Below are positions 43,371-57,258 of a stretch of 64,000 nt of DNA, in pieces. The DNA lies in the NCBI RefSeq assembly GCF_009914755.1, contig NC_060928.1. One strand, 5' to 3'. The position numbers and the translations under genes are program-made. Within the stretch, counting starts at the first letter, position 1; every line of letters starts with the position of its first letter. Under the pieces are notes generated by a model. That model had not been told where the DNA came from. It searched no databases and worked only from the letters and a program-made list of their open reading frames with translations. This DNA comes from the human T2T-CHM13v2.0 reference genome, Homo sapiens.

Positions 43371-45039
43371 TAAGCATAAAACCTAAGGAAGGCTTGAATT
43401 TGCCATGGCCGAGAAGGTTTAATTCTTCTACTCCCCTTCCCCACAAAGAGAATCCCACTCCCAAAATAATCTTATATCAAAATTACAGAGGAGTTGCCCA
43501 TGGGAGCATGAAAAATGGAATGTTTAAAATCCAGCTCTATCACTAATTTTTACCTTGCTGGCCTTTCGGCTTGTCAGCTTAAGCTGCTGAGCTGCTGAGC
43601 TGCTGTGTTCCCTATTCTTATCTCTTTAGTCCTGACCTTTCCTGGCCTTATGCTCCAGTTTGAGATCAATGCCTCAGATCTGTTTTTGAGGGCAGGTTAA
43701 TTTTGCCTCCCTGGCTTCCTTACTACAGCCAACCCAACTCGATTTTGAAATTTTTCACATTTGTTTCATTTCCAAGAAACTACAGCCTCGAGTAAGAGAC
43801 ATTCTACTTGCCCCTCTGGAAGAAACCTGGCTGGCTACTCATTCTCAGAATAGGGGAAGATAATACTAAATGTACCTAAACTATTTGAAGTTTTATACTG
43901 TTGCATCTGCTTATTACATTTTTTTAAAAAATCTCTTCATGAGTTATTGCTGTCAGCTGTTAGTGCTGTGAATGGCTCCAGTACATAAAACAGTTTCAGG
44001 GGCACATAACAGGCCTTAAATAAATGTTTGTTGACTGAATAAATGAATGAAGGATGGATGCCCCTTCTTTTTTCACAATTGCTGTGAACGGAGAAATAGA
44101 GAAAACAAAAGCTTAAAAATATAATCATAAATAAGCTGGAAGTGAGAACCTAGAGATCCTCTCTTAAAGAAAGATGCACTTTTTAGTGCATGGATTCCGG
44201 AGCACTATAATGTAGCTACTCAGAGGCCTTCTTCCTGGAGGTTTTGGAATTACACAGTGAATGCATTTTTCTTGTTAGAGAAATTATGTCTCACTGAATG
44301 AGGCATTTCTCTAGAAAGAATATAGAATCTATCCATTTAAGTAGGTCACATTTAAGAACAGACTGCAAGGTAGAAGGGGCTAAGGAAAGGGCCATTTGAC
44401 TACAAAACCTGAACAGGATGTATATGAATTTAAAGCTGTCATATCCATTTAACAAAAAGTTTTAAAAATTCATAATTAAATATTACAAAACTATGCTATG
44501 TCATTGTGTCATAAATTTGAATTTTTAACTATTTGACCTAGAATCTTTCTGACATTAGGGACCAGTCCTTCTGCTGCCCACTATGCCTTGGAAGCATCAG
44601 TAAGATCCTACAACTATATAGGATGATTGTTCTTCTTTTCATGGCAAAGTAGAATTAGATATAGATGCTGAAAATTCCTACATCTTAATTTTGAATGAAA
44701 GTTTCTATATCTTAATTTAGAAGTGAAACTTTTTGAAAGTCTATTCTGTGCTGGAAGCTCATACAAATGTAGATTATGAATTATGATGTGAGTCCAACCT
44801 TGATTCTATATGGCCTGGAAACCATGGCTTCCTTGTGGAGAAGCTCAACCCCAACATTTGAAAAAAAAAATTACGTGAAAAAAGAACCAAGCCTCTACTT
44901 CATTTTACCTTCATTCTGCAGTTTCATCTACGGAGGAAAATGGAATTTTCAACTGACTACAGAGGAATAAAAACCCATAACGAAGGTCCCTAATTTTGTA
45001 GAACACTAGACACACTGTAAGAGACAAGCCAGAGAAATG

Positions 45040-45240
45040 GAAAGACCTCTGGCTTCAGAGTGAAGCAGACAAGAATTGCTATCCTGGTTCTACCACTAAC
45101 TACTAGCTAGGTGTCCAAGTTACTTGACCTTTCCAAAGCTCCTTCCATAACATGGGCATAAAATACCTAGCACCAGGCACTGTATCTGGAACAAAAGAGG
45201 TCCTCAAAAAATTATAGTGTCAACACTATTATCATTATTA
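45040..45240 (+). mobile_element. MIR fragment
   Basis: 'atcctggttctaccactaactactag...caagttacttgacct'. Confidence 0.55.
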
Positions 45241-46735
45241 TTGCTAAAAATGTGTCCAACTTTAAAAGAACTAAATTCCTAAAAGCTACATTAAAAATTA
45301 TATTAATTCCATAAAAATTATTTATTTTACATGTATCCTATTATAAAAATAACTGTTTTTCATAAAATCATATGATTATGCCCTCCAGGCCACCGATAAC
45401 AGAAATAGTGGGAGAACCACTGGTATCTATGGTCAGAAAGAGACAAACTGAATACAGTAAAATACGGACAAAAACTCACAATTATTCAGTTTTATAGTAT
45501 ATGCTAAACATCTCAAAAATAATATAGAAAAAACTATTATTTGTCTGAGTGTAAAATTTGTAAATAAATAAAATTGTTCGGTTTTATCTATAAACTTACT
45601 ATATTCTTTTATTCATCCATTTTGCATATCTGAAACATCTCTTCTGATTAATAGTTTATCATAAAATTGTTTAAGAGGGAGCTGCTGTATAATATATTTA
45701 TTCTCTTTCACAGGACTGTAAAGGAATAAATATTGATATTTGATGGCACCATTCTTATGTTGTCCTACAGAAGAAATTATTTTCCCTCTTCCACAACAAT
45801 AATGGCATCTATTCAGAGATATAACATTATATATGTTATTTAAAAATGCTTTACACAAAATTATGAAAATGTAAAGCAAAATCTACATTTTATAGGGCTC
45901 TTGTTCAGTTGCAATTTAAGTGAAGATACAACCTATTGTAGTCCTTTTAAAATTATAAACTATAGTGAATCCTAATTTATATAAAATATTTTCATATAAA
46001 TGTTTATTTAATGTCTGATTATATAAACTATCTACATAGCTATTAAGAAGGAGATGGGCATACTCTGCTAAGACCTAATAGAAGTTTCAAGAGAGCCTCT
46101 TACTAAGCCTTATACTACTTCTAGGTGATGGGCTAAGGGGAATCTGAATTGAGCTTTTATCCCTTGGGAAGGGGAAAAGTGGGAGCATAATTGTGTAGAA
46201 CAGGTACACTGGAGGAGGTATAGTATTGAATGGAGACTGTTGGTGGACTGTAGATTTCCTTTGGAAGATCAAGGAAGGAGATGGGCAGGAAACTCTGATT
46301 ATACCCTTCGTAGCTCTACCTGACATTAGCGATCTCCCCTCAGTTTTCATACCTTCTGTGATGGTGTTGCTGTCTTCCTTTCACGAGAGTGCCTCTGTCT
46401 GTCTGTCTGTGTGTCTGTCATTCTGTTAACATGGCTATATCACTCACTGCATGTTCCAAGATATGAAACATGTCTTATGAAGGTCACCAGAGGATTTAGG
46501 CAGGAGGAGTAAACCAGGAAGCATAAGAAGAGGAGAGTGGTATGCAGAATGGCCAGATAGCCAGGACATGTACCTTCAGGAGAAAGAGGATCCAAGCAGT
46601 ACTCAGTAGGTCAGAGTCAAGACCTGTCCAAAGGAGGAAATCAAAACTTCCAGATGGCATTAGGACACATGGTATCAGACAGAGTTCACACAGAACAGAT
46701 GACCATCTGTCAACAGTACCATTTAAAACTATTAT

Positions 46736-47063
<328 letters not shown>

Positions 47064-47441
47064 CTATGATGTTTCAACTGATTGTTAATATTGTAAGTAA
47101 CAAGCCCTTATATAAACCACAAGTTATAAGGATATTAGTTGGTGCATGTTAAGAATTAAAGAGGTTTAAATTTGTCTATATCTTTATTTTAATTGTATAT
47201 CAATAATTTAATTCATATAAAATTATTCCAATTATACTATTATAGAGGACTGATGAGATAAATTTTGTATAATATATTAACTCTACCCTCAGTCTACAAT
47301 CAAATAGTACTTTCCTTAGATGTAATTTTGCTTGTGAGAAATTTGCTGCACAATTCCATTTTGACTTTTAGGCATAATAGAGCTAAGTCACTTGAGACAC
47401 TTTGTATTAAAATCCTTCAAGCTTTGGCTATCTAGAGATTA

Positions 47442-47760
<319 letters not shown>

Positions 47761-49598
47761 TTACTTCAGGGATTTTGTTTTTCTTTTTTTGTTTTCTTAT
47801 TGTGGTATGATAAACATATTTTGTTATTCTTAAGCATTTTTCCTAAGAATTAAGTACACGAATTTATACAAAAAGTGAAAAGTATAAAATATTTATATGG
47901 TTTTCCACAGGAAAATTTTCCTTAGGTAGTTTAATACTAACACATTAAAAATAGAGATAAAAGAATAACTTTGGATAACAATTTAGAAGAATAAAGGGAA
48001 TGAAATGTAAAAGAACACAGATTTTTTATGGTTCCTTTAAAGCATCTGGAACATGCTGTTATTCATTTTTCTGTGACTGAGTTCTCCTGAGAGGTAACTG
48101 TGAAGCTAAAGTAGCTTAGGCATCTGGGCCCTTCATATGCACAGACTCCTGAAAGGACCTTAGCAATGTTTACAGACTCATATGTTTTCATAAAAGTTGC
48201 AAAACATGATATCTTAACAGTAATCAGTTATGATCACTATTTCTTTCCACTCTCCTTTTTCCTCCATCGCACTTCTCTTTGTGTTGGGCGACACTGGAGC
48301 AAGCATGAACATTTTTGAGATCTAACAAAGGGAAAGTTGAGCTGCACTGAACATACATGTAGTTTAGGTTTAATAAAACATATTTACCTGGTTTGCAGTC
48401 ACTTCTATGTTGAGGTATGTTATTGCCAGCCATCCCAATGTAGGGATGTTTTGGAAATACACCCACCTCCCAGTCTGCCATGAGATAACGATGTTGACAC
48501 ACCAGAGGTGGTATCAGCATATGAACCTGAACTACAGATCACCCTACAAGTGTGTGAACAAAGGAGGAGGAAAAATGTTTTTGTTATTTTTCTGGAATTT
48601 GTTATTCTTTGTAGTATCTGTCAGCTTTTTAAAATTTGTATTCTTATGACTATTTCATCCTAAATATATATTCACTTTTGAGTTTAATTTTTTATTTGTA
48701 ATCTTTTCCTTAGGAAGAACCTCCCAGATTGCATACATGTGAGGTGCTGCTAAGTGTGGATGCATGTTCCTTGTTATGCTTATGAAAAAAAGTAGAAGAT
48801 GAGAATGTATTGTTTAAATTCTAAACACAAAAAAGACTTGCATATTAAAATACCTCAGATAATTTATAATATTAACTTTCTTCTTTAAGTGAATAGAATC
48901 TCATTTATACTGCTAAAACTAGTCATTAAAATCCCATACATATCTTATATTACATTAGTCATGAGTGACCCGCCATAGTAAAATGATCACTAAGTTGAAA
49001 GTCAAGGTAAAGAAATTGGCTTCCAGTACAGACTCTGCCAAGAATGACAAAAAAGCAAATCTTATACATGTGTAAAGGTATATTTATTCCTCTCTATCCT
49101 ATTAAGATACTGTAAGTTTGAGATACTATGTATTTATTTTTAAGGGAAAAAGTCCTTATATCAGACATGCTACTTAACATATTTGTAATTAATATTTTAT
49201 TAAGCAAACACAAGGGAACTGCTAGCTGTTTTGGAAGATGAAGTAAGATGTTTCGGTTTAAGTACTTGCAAACTAATAATTAAACTAGCAATTATAAGAA
49301 TATCCTTTGAATTGAAAAAAGAAAATGAAGTTATCATTGATTGAACTACAATCCCCAAGTTAAAAAATGTAAGACACTTAAAATCTTGCATCTATATATT
49401 TTAATTCTATTAATTGAATTAATTTAATTAATTAATTAAAAATAAAATTAATTTAATTCTATATTCTTTGTTTACCACATTTGTGAATGCTTTCATTTCC
49501 TATACATACACACACACAAACACACACATAAATGAGGTTTAATGCAGCCACCTAAATGAAAAAAAATACTACTGAGTCAAGATGTTTAAAATGAAATT

Positions 49599-49660
49599 GT
49601 GTATCCCATGTACCTCAAAAATATGTAAAACTATGACATATCAATTAAAAAATATAAAAC
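49599..49660 (+). mobile_element. Tiny L1 3'-end insertion
   Basis: 'catgtacctcaaaaatatgtaaaactatg..tatcaattaaaaa' flanked by TSD aaatgaaatt. Confidence 0.6.
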
Positions 49661-52600
49661 AAATGAAATTTTCCGTTTTAGCTGAAACCTTGAAGGCTAA
49701 AAACAAAATAATTATCAGATACAGGTGCCAAACCAGAACTTGCCAAGGGTTCATTTGAAGCCATTCTGTCATCATGAGCCCACTGTTTGCTTTTGGCTCT
49801 ACAAGAGAAGGTAATGAGACCCCCAGAGAGGACTACTCAGGATAGAGTGGTTAGAACATTCTGTACCACCTCCTACTTCACACCACAAAAGAGCTTACTC
49901 AAGGGTACCAAATTGGAAGGGAATGAGTGTCTCTGAGAGAAATATTTGAAAAAAATGCATCTCCTGGAGTTAGAGAAAAATAACTACTACCTATTTTAAA
50001 TCTGACTTTAAAGGCAGGAAATTGTGGCTTGCTAACTGTCCTGGAATTGCAAAGCCTAGAGGACTCCATTGTGATCAGGCTATGCTTCCAACAATTGCAA
50101 GAAAATTCTCATGGACAGGATACAGGCCCACAGGAGGAATGATCTCACAAGGGACAATGCCCAAAAGGACCACCTGGCAAGGCAATGTAATCCCAAAAGT
50201 GGGGTGTAAAGCCAGAAACCCAGGAGCTGCAAAGACAGCTAAAAACATCCAGCCAGGGGCGGCATGACTATCAGAGGAACTATACCCAGAGGTCCCTAAG
50301 AGGATTTATCCGAAGAGAGAGTCAGCAATCATGCATCTAACAGAGGGTAGCAGTGCAGGTTGGAACTGCACCAGTGACTCAGACTTGCCCAGTCCCTTAC
50401 AGCTCTTCTCTAAAAGGCCCTAAGGGCAGCCAGTGAGTGGGAGAGGAAGTCAGGTGACAAAGAGTGTCAGTACCATACACCCCCTGGTGCAAGGAGGCTG
50501 TCAAGCCTGAAACAGGCCCAACCTGAGGTAAGAAATTTTAAATGATTACTCTGATCAGGACTTTTAAAATCCTGAAATGAGACTGTTCTTGTGACTAAAA
50601 GACACAGCAAAGCTCTGAGATCTAACCAAGACTTCTTACATGGCTGAAATAAATATATTCAGTGGGAAGAGGAATAAAGTTGTTCCCACTTGCATCCCAC
50701 TGAAGCTAGATGGTTAGAATTCTGATTACAGATTTATTATAAATATTTAACAAATATATAACCATCTAGTGTTTGAATTTACTGAATATCATTGCCTTTA
50801 CATCACATACCTCTGCTTTCACAATTCCATGTCCAATACCCTTTGGAAGCAGAGCTAGGAAGAACAATCTAGGTAGATTATACTAAAGCAGTTGTTAAAT
50901 ATGCTTGCATATTTTTTTAAAATCACCTAAAATTTTTCTAGATAACCTACACTTCAGGAGTGTATCATCTTATTGATTCTGATATTGAATTTATGATACA
51001 TATGAAATGCAGAATAAAATTCCCCAGACTGAGCAGAGTGGTATTCTCAATTAATCATCATTCTAGATGTCATCGTTCATCATTCATTGAGAAGGAACAT
51101 TTACCTTTTACCCAGAATGCTCTGTCTCAGGTAAGTACTGCATCATTTAGAACACACATTTGGCATTGTCATAGCATTACAAGTGGGTCAGGCCTAAAGT
51201 TAAGAGCTTATTGCAACTCTGCCTGGCTTGATGCCCACAGTTTACAAGGAAGCATATTCAATGCCACTTAAATTGTCTGTGGTTCCTTCTAAATTCTGAA
51301 AGAGGAAGATTCCTCTATGTGACAAACTTCAAAGCTGGCAGACAAAAACCTGTCCAGGCTGGACAGTTAATTTCCTCTCCCATGGGAAATTAACAGATCT
51401 ACTGCCCACCTGCTAAATGTCTGTCTGCAGAGTGATACTGAAAACAATTTCTGACTTGTGTTAATCCACAGATATTCTCAGAGCTTAAAGAAGGCTTCCT
51501 AACAAATGGAAAGGGGGTGGCAAGGGAAGCCCCAGGTGCTTAGTGGGTTTTTTGTATCACAGTTAACAGAAATCAATGACTACTCCCCCCGAGAGAATAA
51601 ACAACAGAGGCACTAAGGAGGAACTTCTACTATTTGCTCCTTAAAACTTGAGACTCTAGGAATTCTGCCAAGTGACCTGGAAATAAGGGACTGTGACCAG
51701 AAGCCTCTGAAGAGAGCATCATGCATTAGCTTCTTGCAGTAGAATTAAACATACTGCTAACATCCATGCGTGCATATTCCATCTTTGACAACTTACCTAT
51801 CTTCTACACAATAGAAAAAGAAACTCTTCTTTTCACATAGCCTAATTCCTGACTTTTCCCCTACCCTTGTTTTACCTTTTCCTTTCACCTTAATATTGGC
51901 TTTAAAAATCTCATTGTAAAACATGATAGATTCTCACTGAAAAACATGTATATTTCAGCTTAAAGAAATAAATATGATATAAAACTACCCCACTACCTAG
52001 ATATACCACTATTTACATTTTGATGAATGTCTTGCCAGTCTTTTCCTAGGCATATATATAACATATTGCTTTCATCTTTAAAAATCATAACTTACATACT
52101 TTCATAAGCTGGTTAAATCCCTTAGGCAATTATTGGTACAGAGAGATTGCTCACTAGCCAGATAAACAAATGGAGAATGATAAAAGTTTACAAACATGAA
52201 TGGAGGTGCAGACAGGGGAAGATCCTTTCCAGACAAGATGTATCCCCATATCAGAGAATGCCCCTCCGTGCAATTTCTGTCAAAAGGATCTAACTCATTG
52301 GTTCCACAAAAAGTTAGTATAAATGGTAAAGTTCCCATGGAATCAGAGGAAAAGTAAGTATTCTGATTAAAAAGTTCATCTCTGAAAGAAAAAAAAAACA
52401 TGCGACTACTATGTAATTAATGTAGATGCAAAGGTAATTGTAGTCAGAGAGGTAAAATTCCATGTAAAGTTCATAAAATTTGCACATGTGCATAAAATTA
52501 AAAATAATAACACCTTCCATCTAATAGAGCTGATGCACTATTTTCTTCATTCATAATTTATCCCTATGCTTTATTCATTCACAGCTACCACTTGTCTTTG

Positions 52601-53298
52601 GGTAAGCCAAGATCTGTACAGCTTCTATACCAGTGATTATGACACAATTCCTATCATCTTGAAATATGCAAGCCAGATGAGGAAACTCCTTTAGTTCAGA
52701 TTTTCATATATCTGTATAATGGCCAAAATATAATGAACAATTGGGAAAATATAACATTGAAAATCTAGAAACTTTATCTCTATCATACAAACCATTCAAA
52801 TCTTATGAAATGTTTACTGGGCACACTAAGTGGTTCTCTTTCCCCACCACCATTCAACCCACTTTATGTATTAAAGACTTGGCATCTATCCAGTCTTCTA
52901 CTTCACTGAAAGTTTGCCAACATTCTGGGCTATTTCAACAGACACAAGGATAACTGGTTCAACACTCAGCCTGTCAGTTCCTTGACCTCCCTGTCTCCAG
53001 TGGTCTTCATTTCCACTCGATTTCAGTCACCACTCTCGCAGTCATTCCTTGAAACTTGGCCATCCTCCTCCAGAATCAGGGAGTTAAAAATCACAGTTGC
53101 TGGCCATAAACTGCCCATTTTCTAGATTATTCAGTGTCTCCTAGAGTGGCTTTTTTTTCAAACCATCAGGAATACCAGTCCACTGACTCCTCCACTGTTC
53201 CCAATCCATAAGTCACTTTATTTACTTTGCTCCACACAACTCTATGCACTCTTTGACCCTGTCATGCTGGCCTTCTTTGAGTTCCTCAAATGTGCCAT

Positions 53299-53783
53299 TG
53301 AAGGAGTTAAAAATATACCATTCTGGCATAATGACTATTGTGAATTAAAGGTACTTGAAAAACAGCAGGTACAAGATCATTCTGGCCTCCTTTCTGTTTC
53401 TTAAAAGCAGGAACACTGAAAGGTCCTCTCCCTATACCAGAAGGAAAGCAACATTCTTATCATCAAGGATGGAAATTTGAGCCAAAGAAAATTCTGTACA
53501 GACCTTGCTAAAATAGCTCTTGTCTCTTAAGCCTCTCCACATAATTTAGTTGCTTTTTCACAACTTACTATTCTTTGTCCAATTCAATCTATAACTGATT
53601 CACTCTAATTGTTTCTCTGGGTCTTCATTTCTTCATGAGGACTCCCACTGCTTTGTAAAAGTTGTATTAAATCAATTCCTGTGCTTTTCTCCTGTTAATC
53701 TGTCCTATGTCAATTTAATTCTTAGGCCTAGCCAGAAAAAACCCTAAAGGCGAAGAGCTAAAATTCAGCCTCACTCCCCTACA
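53299..53783 (+). mobile_element. MER34-type ERV1 solo LTR (within L2)
   Basis: 'tgaaggagtt...ttctggcataatgactatt...ccctataccagaagga...cttttctcctgttaatctg...cccctaca'. Confidence 0.75.
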
Positions 53784-55197
53784 CTATTGGGTTGCCTTTA
53801 GAACCTTTGTGCATGCTATCCTGGCTGCTGGAATACTAATCGCTCCTCTGTCTGATTTATGTCTGTCTATTCATTCTTTATATCCTAAAGCAAGTATCTT
53901 TTCTTCAAGGAAGCCATTCCTAATGTGCTCAGACTCCCTACCATTGGCTCACATACATAGCACAAATTCCACCTCTATATTATACTTGACCCATTTGTGA
54001 TTTCTATTTAGCTGAAAGATTTTTTTTAATGCTCTGTCTCTAACAAAATAAGGCCCAAGACAGCAGGATCTATGTTGATTTTTTTTGTTTCACCATTTTA
54101 TACCAGCTCCTAAGACAGTGTATGATCTACAGCAAATACTCGTAAATATTTATTAAATGCATTCAGAATAAACAGGAAGAAGGGGTATCAACAGGAAAGT
54201 GAAAGTAACAGAATGGAGACTATATCTGATACAACTTGGCTTACTTCCTTCTTGAAGGAACTTGCTCGTCTTACTTCCGTCAGACATGAGGATAATCTGT
54301 CAATCATCCAGAGCCTTCTCTAAGAGTCAAGCGATGCAATACCATCTAAATAAGAAGGCCCATGTCAGTAGTGGCCCTTGGATAAGAACTGAGTAGATTC
54401 TAGTAAATTCAATGATTACTGGATTGACAAAAATGGGATTATTTATTAGGTTATCAATCTCATATATGTGATATATATGATATGAGCTGAATGACAGGCA
54501 ATGAATTAAAGAGATAAGTCAGTCAAGTAAAAATAATCTCATGTATACAGAGGAAAAAAATGGCTTTTCATGGTAGCAGAATACATATAAATCTAAAGGG
54601 GATATCATACTTGTGTTAAGTGGAAAATATGCATAGGATAGTATCTAGTAGCATCTTGATAAAGCTTCAGAGATCAAGCGAAACTATGCAATAATAGCTA
54701 TGTGATAAAATAAATGTCATGAAAATAAAGATTTTTTAAAGCTATCTATGGTAACATCTCAAATAACTAGAATATTTTATAATTTGATTGTTCTGGTCAG
54801 CTGAAAATCAGGCTGCCTACAAGTTAAATGAAAAATACCCTTTTTGTAAGAGTTGTCATTAGAAATCCTCATAAGCTAGGTTAACTCAAGCCCCGTTTTT
54901 AATAAGAATAGTTCTATGAAGAAGCTGCTATTAGGAGACAGGCTAAGCCACACAGTAGAAAGAAGCTGAACAGCAGAGAAAGGTGGATCTGAGAGCTCTT
55001 TAGCAGGCTCTGGTGAGACCCTGGGCAATGGACCTAACCTTACTGACATTAGTTTCCTCAGCTGTAAGACATGAAATCATCGTTCCCTAGGATCCTTGCA
55101 AGACTTCAAAGCCTTTTAGGCATCTATTCTCTTCGTGACATCAGTGGGCTAAACTAAGACCTTTTCCATTTCTGTGATTTTATAGTTGGTTCTGTGA

Positions 55198-55464
55198 TTT
55201 TTTTTTTTTTAGTTTTTAAATTTTAGTTGACACATATTATAATAATTGGGGTATCAAGTGATATTTGATACCTGCATACAATGTATAATGATCAAATTAG
55301 GGTAATTAGCATATCCATCACCTCAATCATTTGTCATCTGTTTATGTCGGGAACATACAAAATCCTCTCTTGTAGCTATTTGAAAATATATAATAAATTA
55401 TTAACTATAGTTACTCTAAACCCTACAGTGTTGTAGAAGACTAGAACTTAAATCTAACTAGCTG
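55198..55464 (-). mobile_element. L1MA-type 3' fragment
   Basis: Poly(T) then 'tgtataatgatcaaattagggtaattagcatatccatcacctc'; TSD tggttctgtgatt. Confidence 0.85.
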
Positions 55465-55534
55465 TGGTTCTGTGATTCTTAAAGGTCTAAGTGAAGCAAA
55501 GTAAATCCAGCCCACAGGCATTTCCTTCACCCAA

Positions 55535-55790
55535 TTTTTTGAATATTTAAGTATAAAATACAAAGACAGAAAACTGCAGATGTCATGAGTATATTGCACA
55601 ATGATCTTTCATAAAATGAACACACATGTGATCAGCACACAGATCAAGAAACAGATCTGGGTGCCATAACCAGCACCCAGAAGCCTCTCCTACTCCCTGC
55701 CCCTACCTCCACACCAGAATAACCACTATTCTGATTTCTAATAGCAGAAATTTAGCTTGTTTTTATATAATACTTTATGTAATAGGAATA
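55535..55790 (-). mobile_element. Old L1M(C/E) fragment
   Basis: 'cagatcaagaaacaga...accagcacccagaagcc...taaccactattctgatttcta'. Confidence 0.6.
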
Positions 55791-56802
55791 ACACACTATG
55801 TACTGTGCCTTGTTTTTATTTTAACCCTGGAACACATTCCACTCACCTAATGCTGCTCTGGGGTTCTAGTGCAATAACATTGTTAAGAGCTGCAAAATTT
55901 AAGATGGATGAATGGAAAGGTGAAAAAAAAATAAGGAAATATGAAAGGTTGTTAATGCTAAAGAGCTCATTAAACTTTCAAAGGCTTGTTCTAACAGATA
56001 TAATTAACTCTGTGACCACAACATAAATAAACAGTGTGCAAAGTCAAAAGTAGCTTAGGTTTACTAATACACGTATGTCAAAATTTAGACTCTTATCCTC
56101 TTCTCTACTAACACATGCGGTTGTTTTTTAAATACTTGCCTCTCCCCAGCCATTTTCTTTTCTTTCTTAATTCTTCCCTAGATGTCCATCATATATTCCA
56201 GCCACATATTCTCCAGTCTCTGCTTTTTCTGTCCTGATTTTAAAAATCAATAATAACATGTAAAAGAAACCCACAGAAATAGTAAGTCATATCCCTTAAC
56301 CATGGGTAGAGAAAAAGCAAATTTTTAAAAACGCTGAATTGAGTTTTGACGACTCTGATTTCAGAACATAAAATAATTTTAAGCAAAACTTCTAAATGTA
56401 AACTGTGAATTAAAGAACAAATAAAGAAATACTAGCCCTCCATTACAATAGGAAATCTAATTTGGAAATACGCAGCATACAACTTACTTTATCAGATCAA
56501 CTTCATAGTAGGTGTCAGACTTACTAGTTTTCTTAAGACAAAGATAAGCAAATCTAAACTATTTAAGAAAGAATAAGAAAAAAGGAAAGGAAGAAAGGCC
56601 TCTCACAATGATTTATTTGAAGACAGCTAAAGAAAAGTTACCTAAAGTGACTGAACCTTTCTTCTGGGGCATGCTTTGTTTTAATATGAAAATACAATTT
56701 CCAAATTAATAAACTACAGTATATGAAACAAGCCCATTATAAAGAAGTCTAGTAATTTGTGGCTTGAGGATTTCCCTTCTACTAGTCCTTTTTCACATTA
56801 TT

Positions 56803-56866
56803 ATTATTTTTTTCTTTTTTTAAAATCAAGACAGGATCTTGCTACATTGCCCAAGCCAGTCACAAA
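56803..56866 (-). mobile_element. Short FLAM/Alu fragment
   Basis: Poly(T) then 'gacaggatcttgctacattgcccaag'; TSD tttttcacattatt. Confidence 0.7.
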
Positions 56867-56890
56867 TTTTTTCACATTATTTAAGTTCTT

Positions 56891-57258
56891 GTCATTGTTC
56901 AGATTCTATGGAAGCAGATGCTGAGATGGCTTATAGGGCGTAAGATATTTACATAGAAGACCTGTAAGATTTTATCAGATCTGGAAAGGAGAAGGAAGAA
57001 AGATCAGGAAGCATGAGAAACAACCATGAGGCAAATCCAATGTCTCAAACCAGTGGAGCACTCTAGAACAAACGCTGTCCATCAGAGTTGTCTAGTGCTG
57101 GGGTCTTAACTTAGTCATCAGATGTGAGGTGCCACAAGAGGGAGATGACTTTGGGAGGGCCAGCTCTGTGCAGCTGAAGCTGACCCTGACTGCTGGAGGC
57201 TCTCCTGACTGCCTTCCTTGGAGGGGCATCTGAATGGCCTATCTCTATGTCTGTTACA
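56891..57258 (-). mobile_element. LTR16-like ERVL solo LTR
   Basis: 'ggaagcagatgctgagatgg' ... 'ggaggggcatctgaatggcctatctctatgtctgttaca'. Confidence 0.6.
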
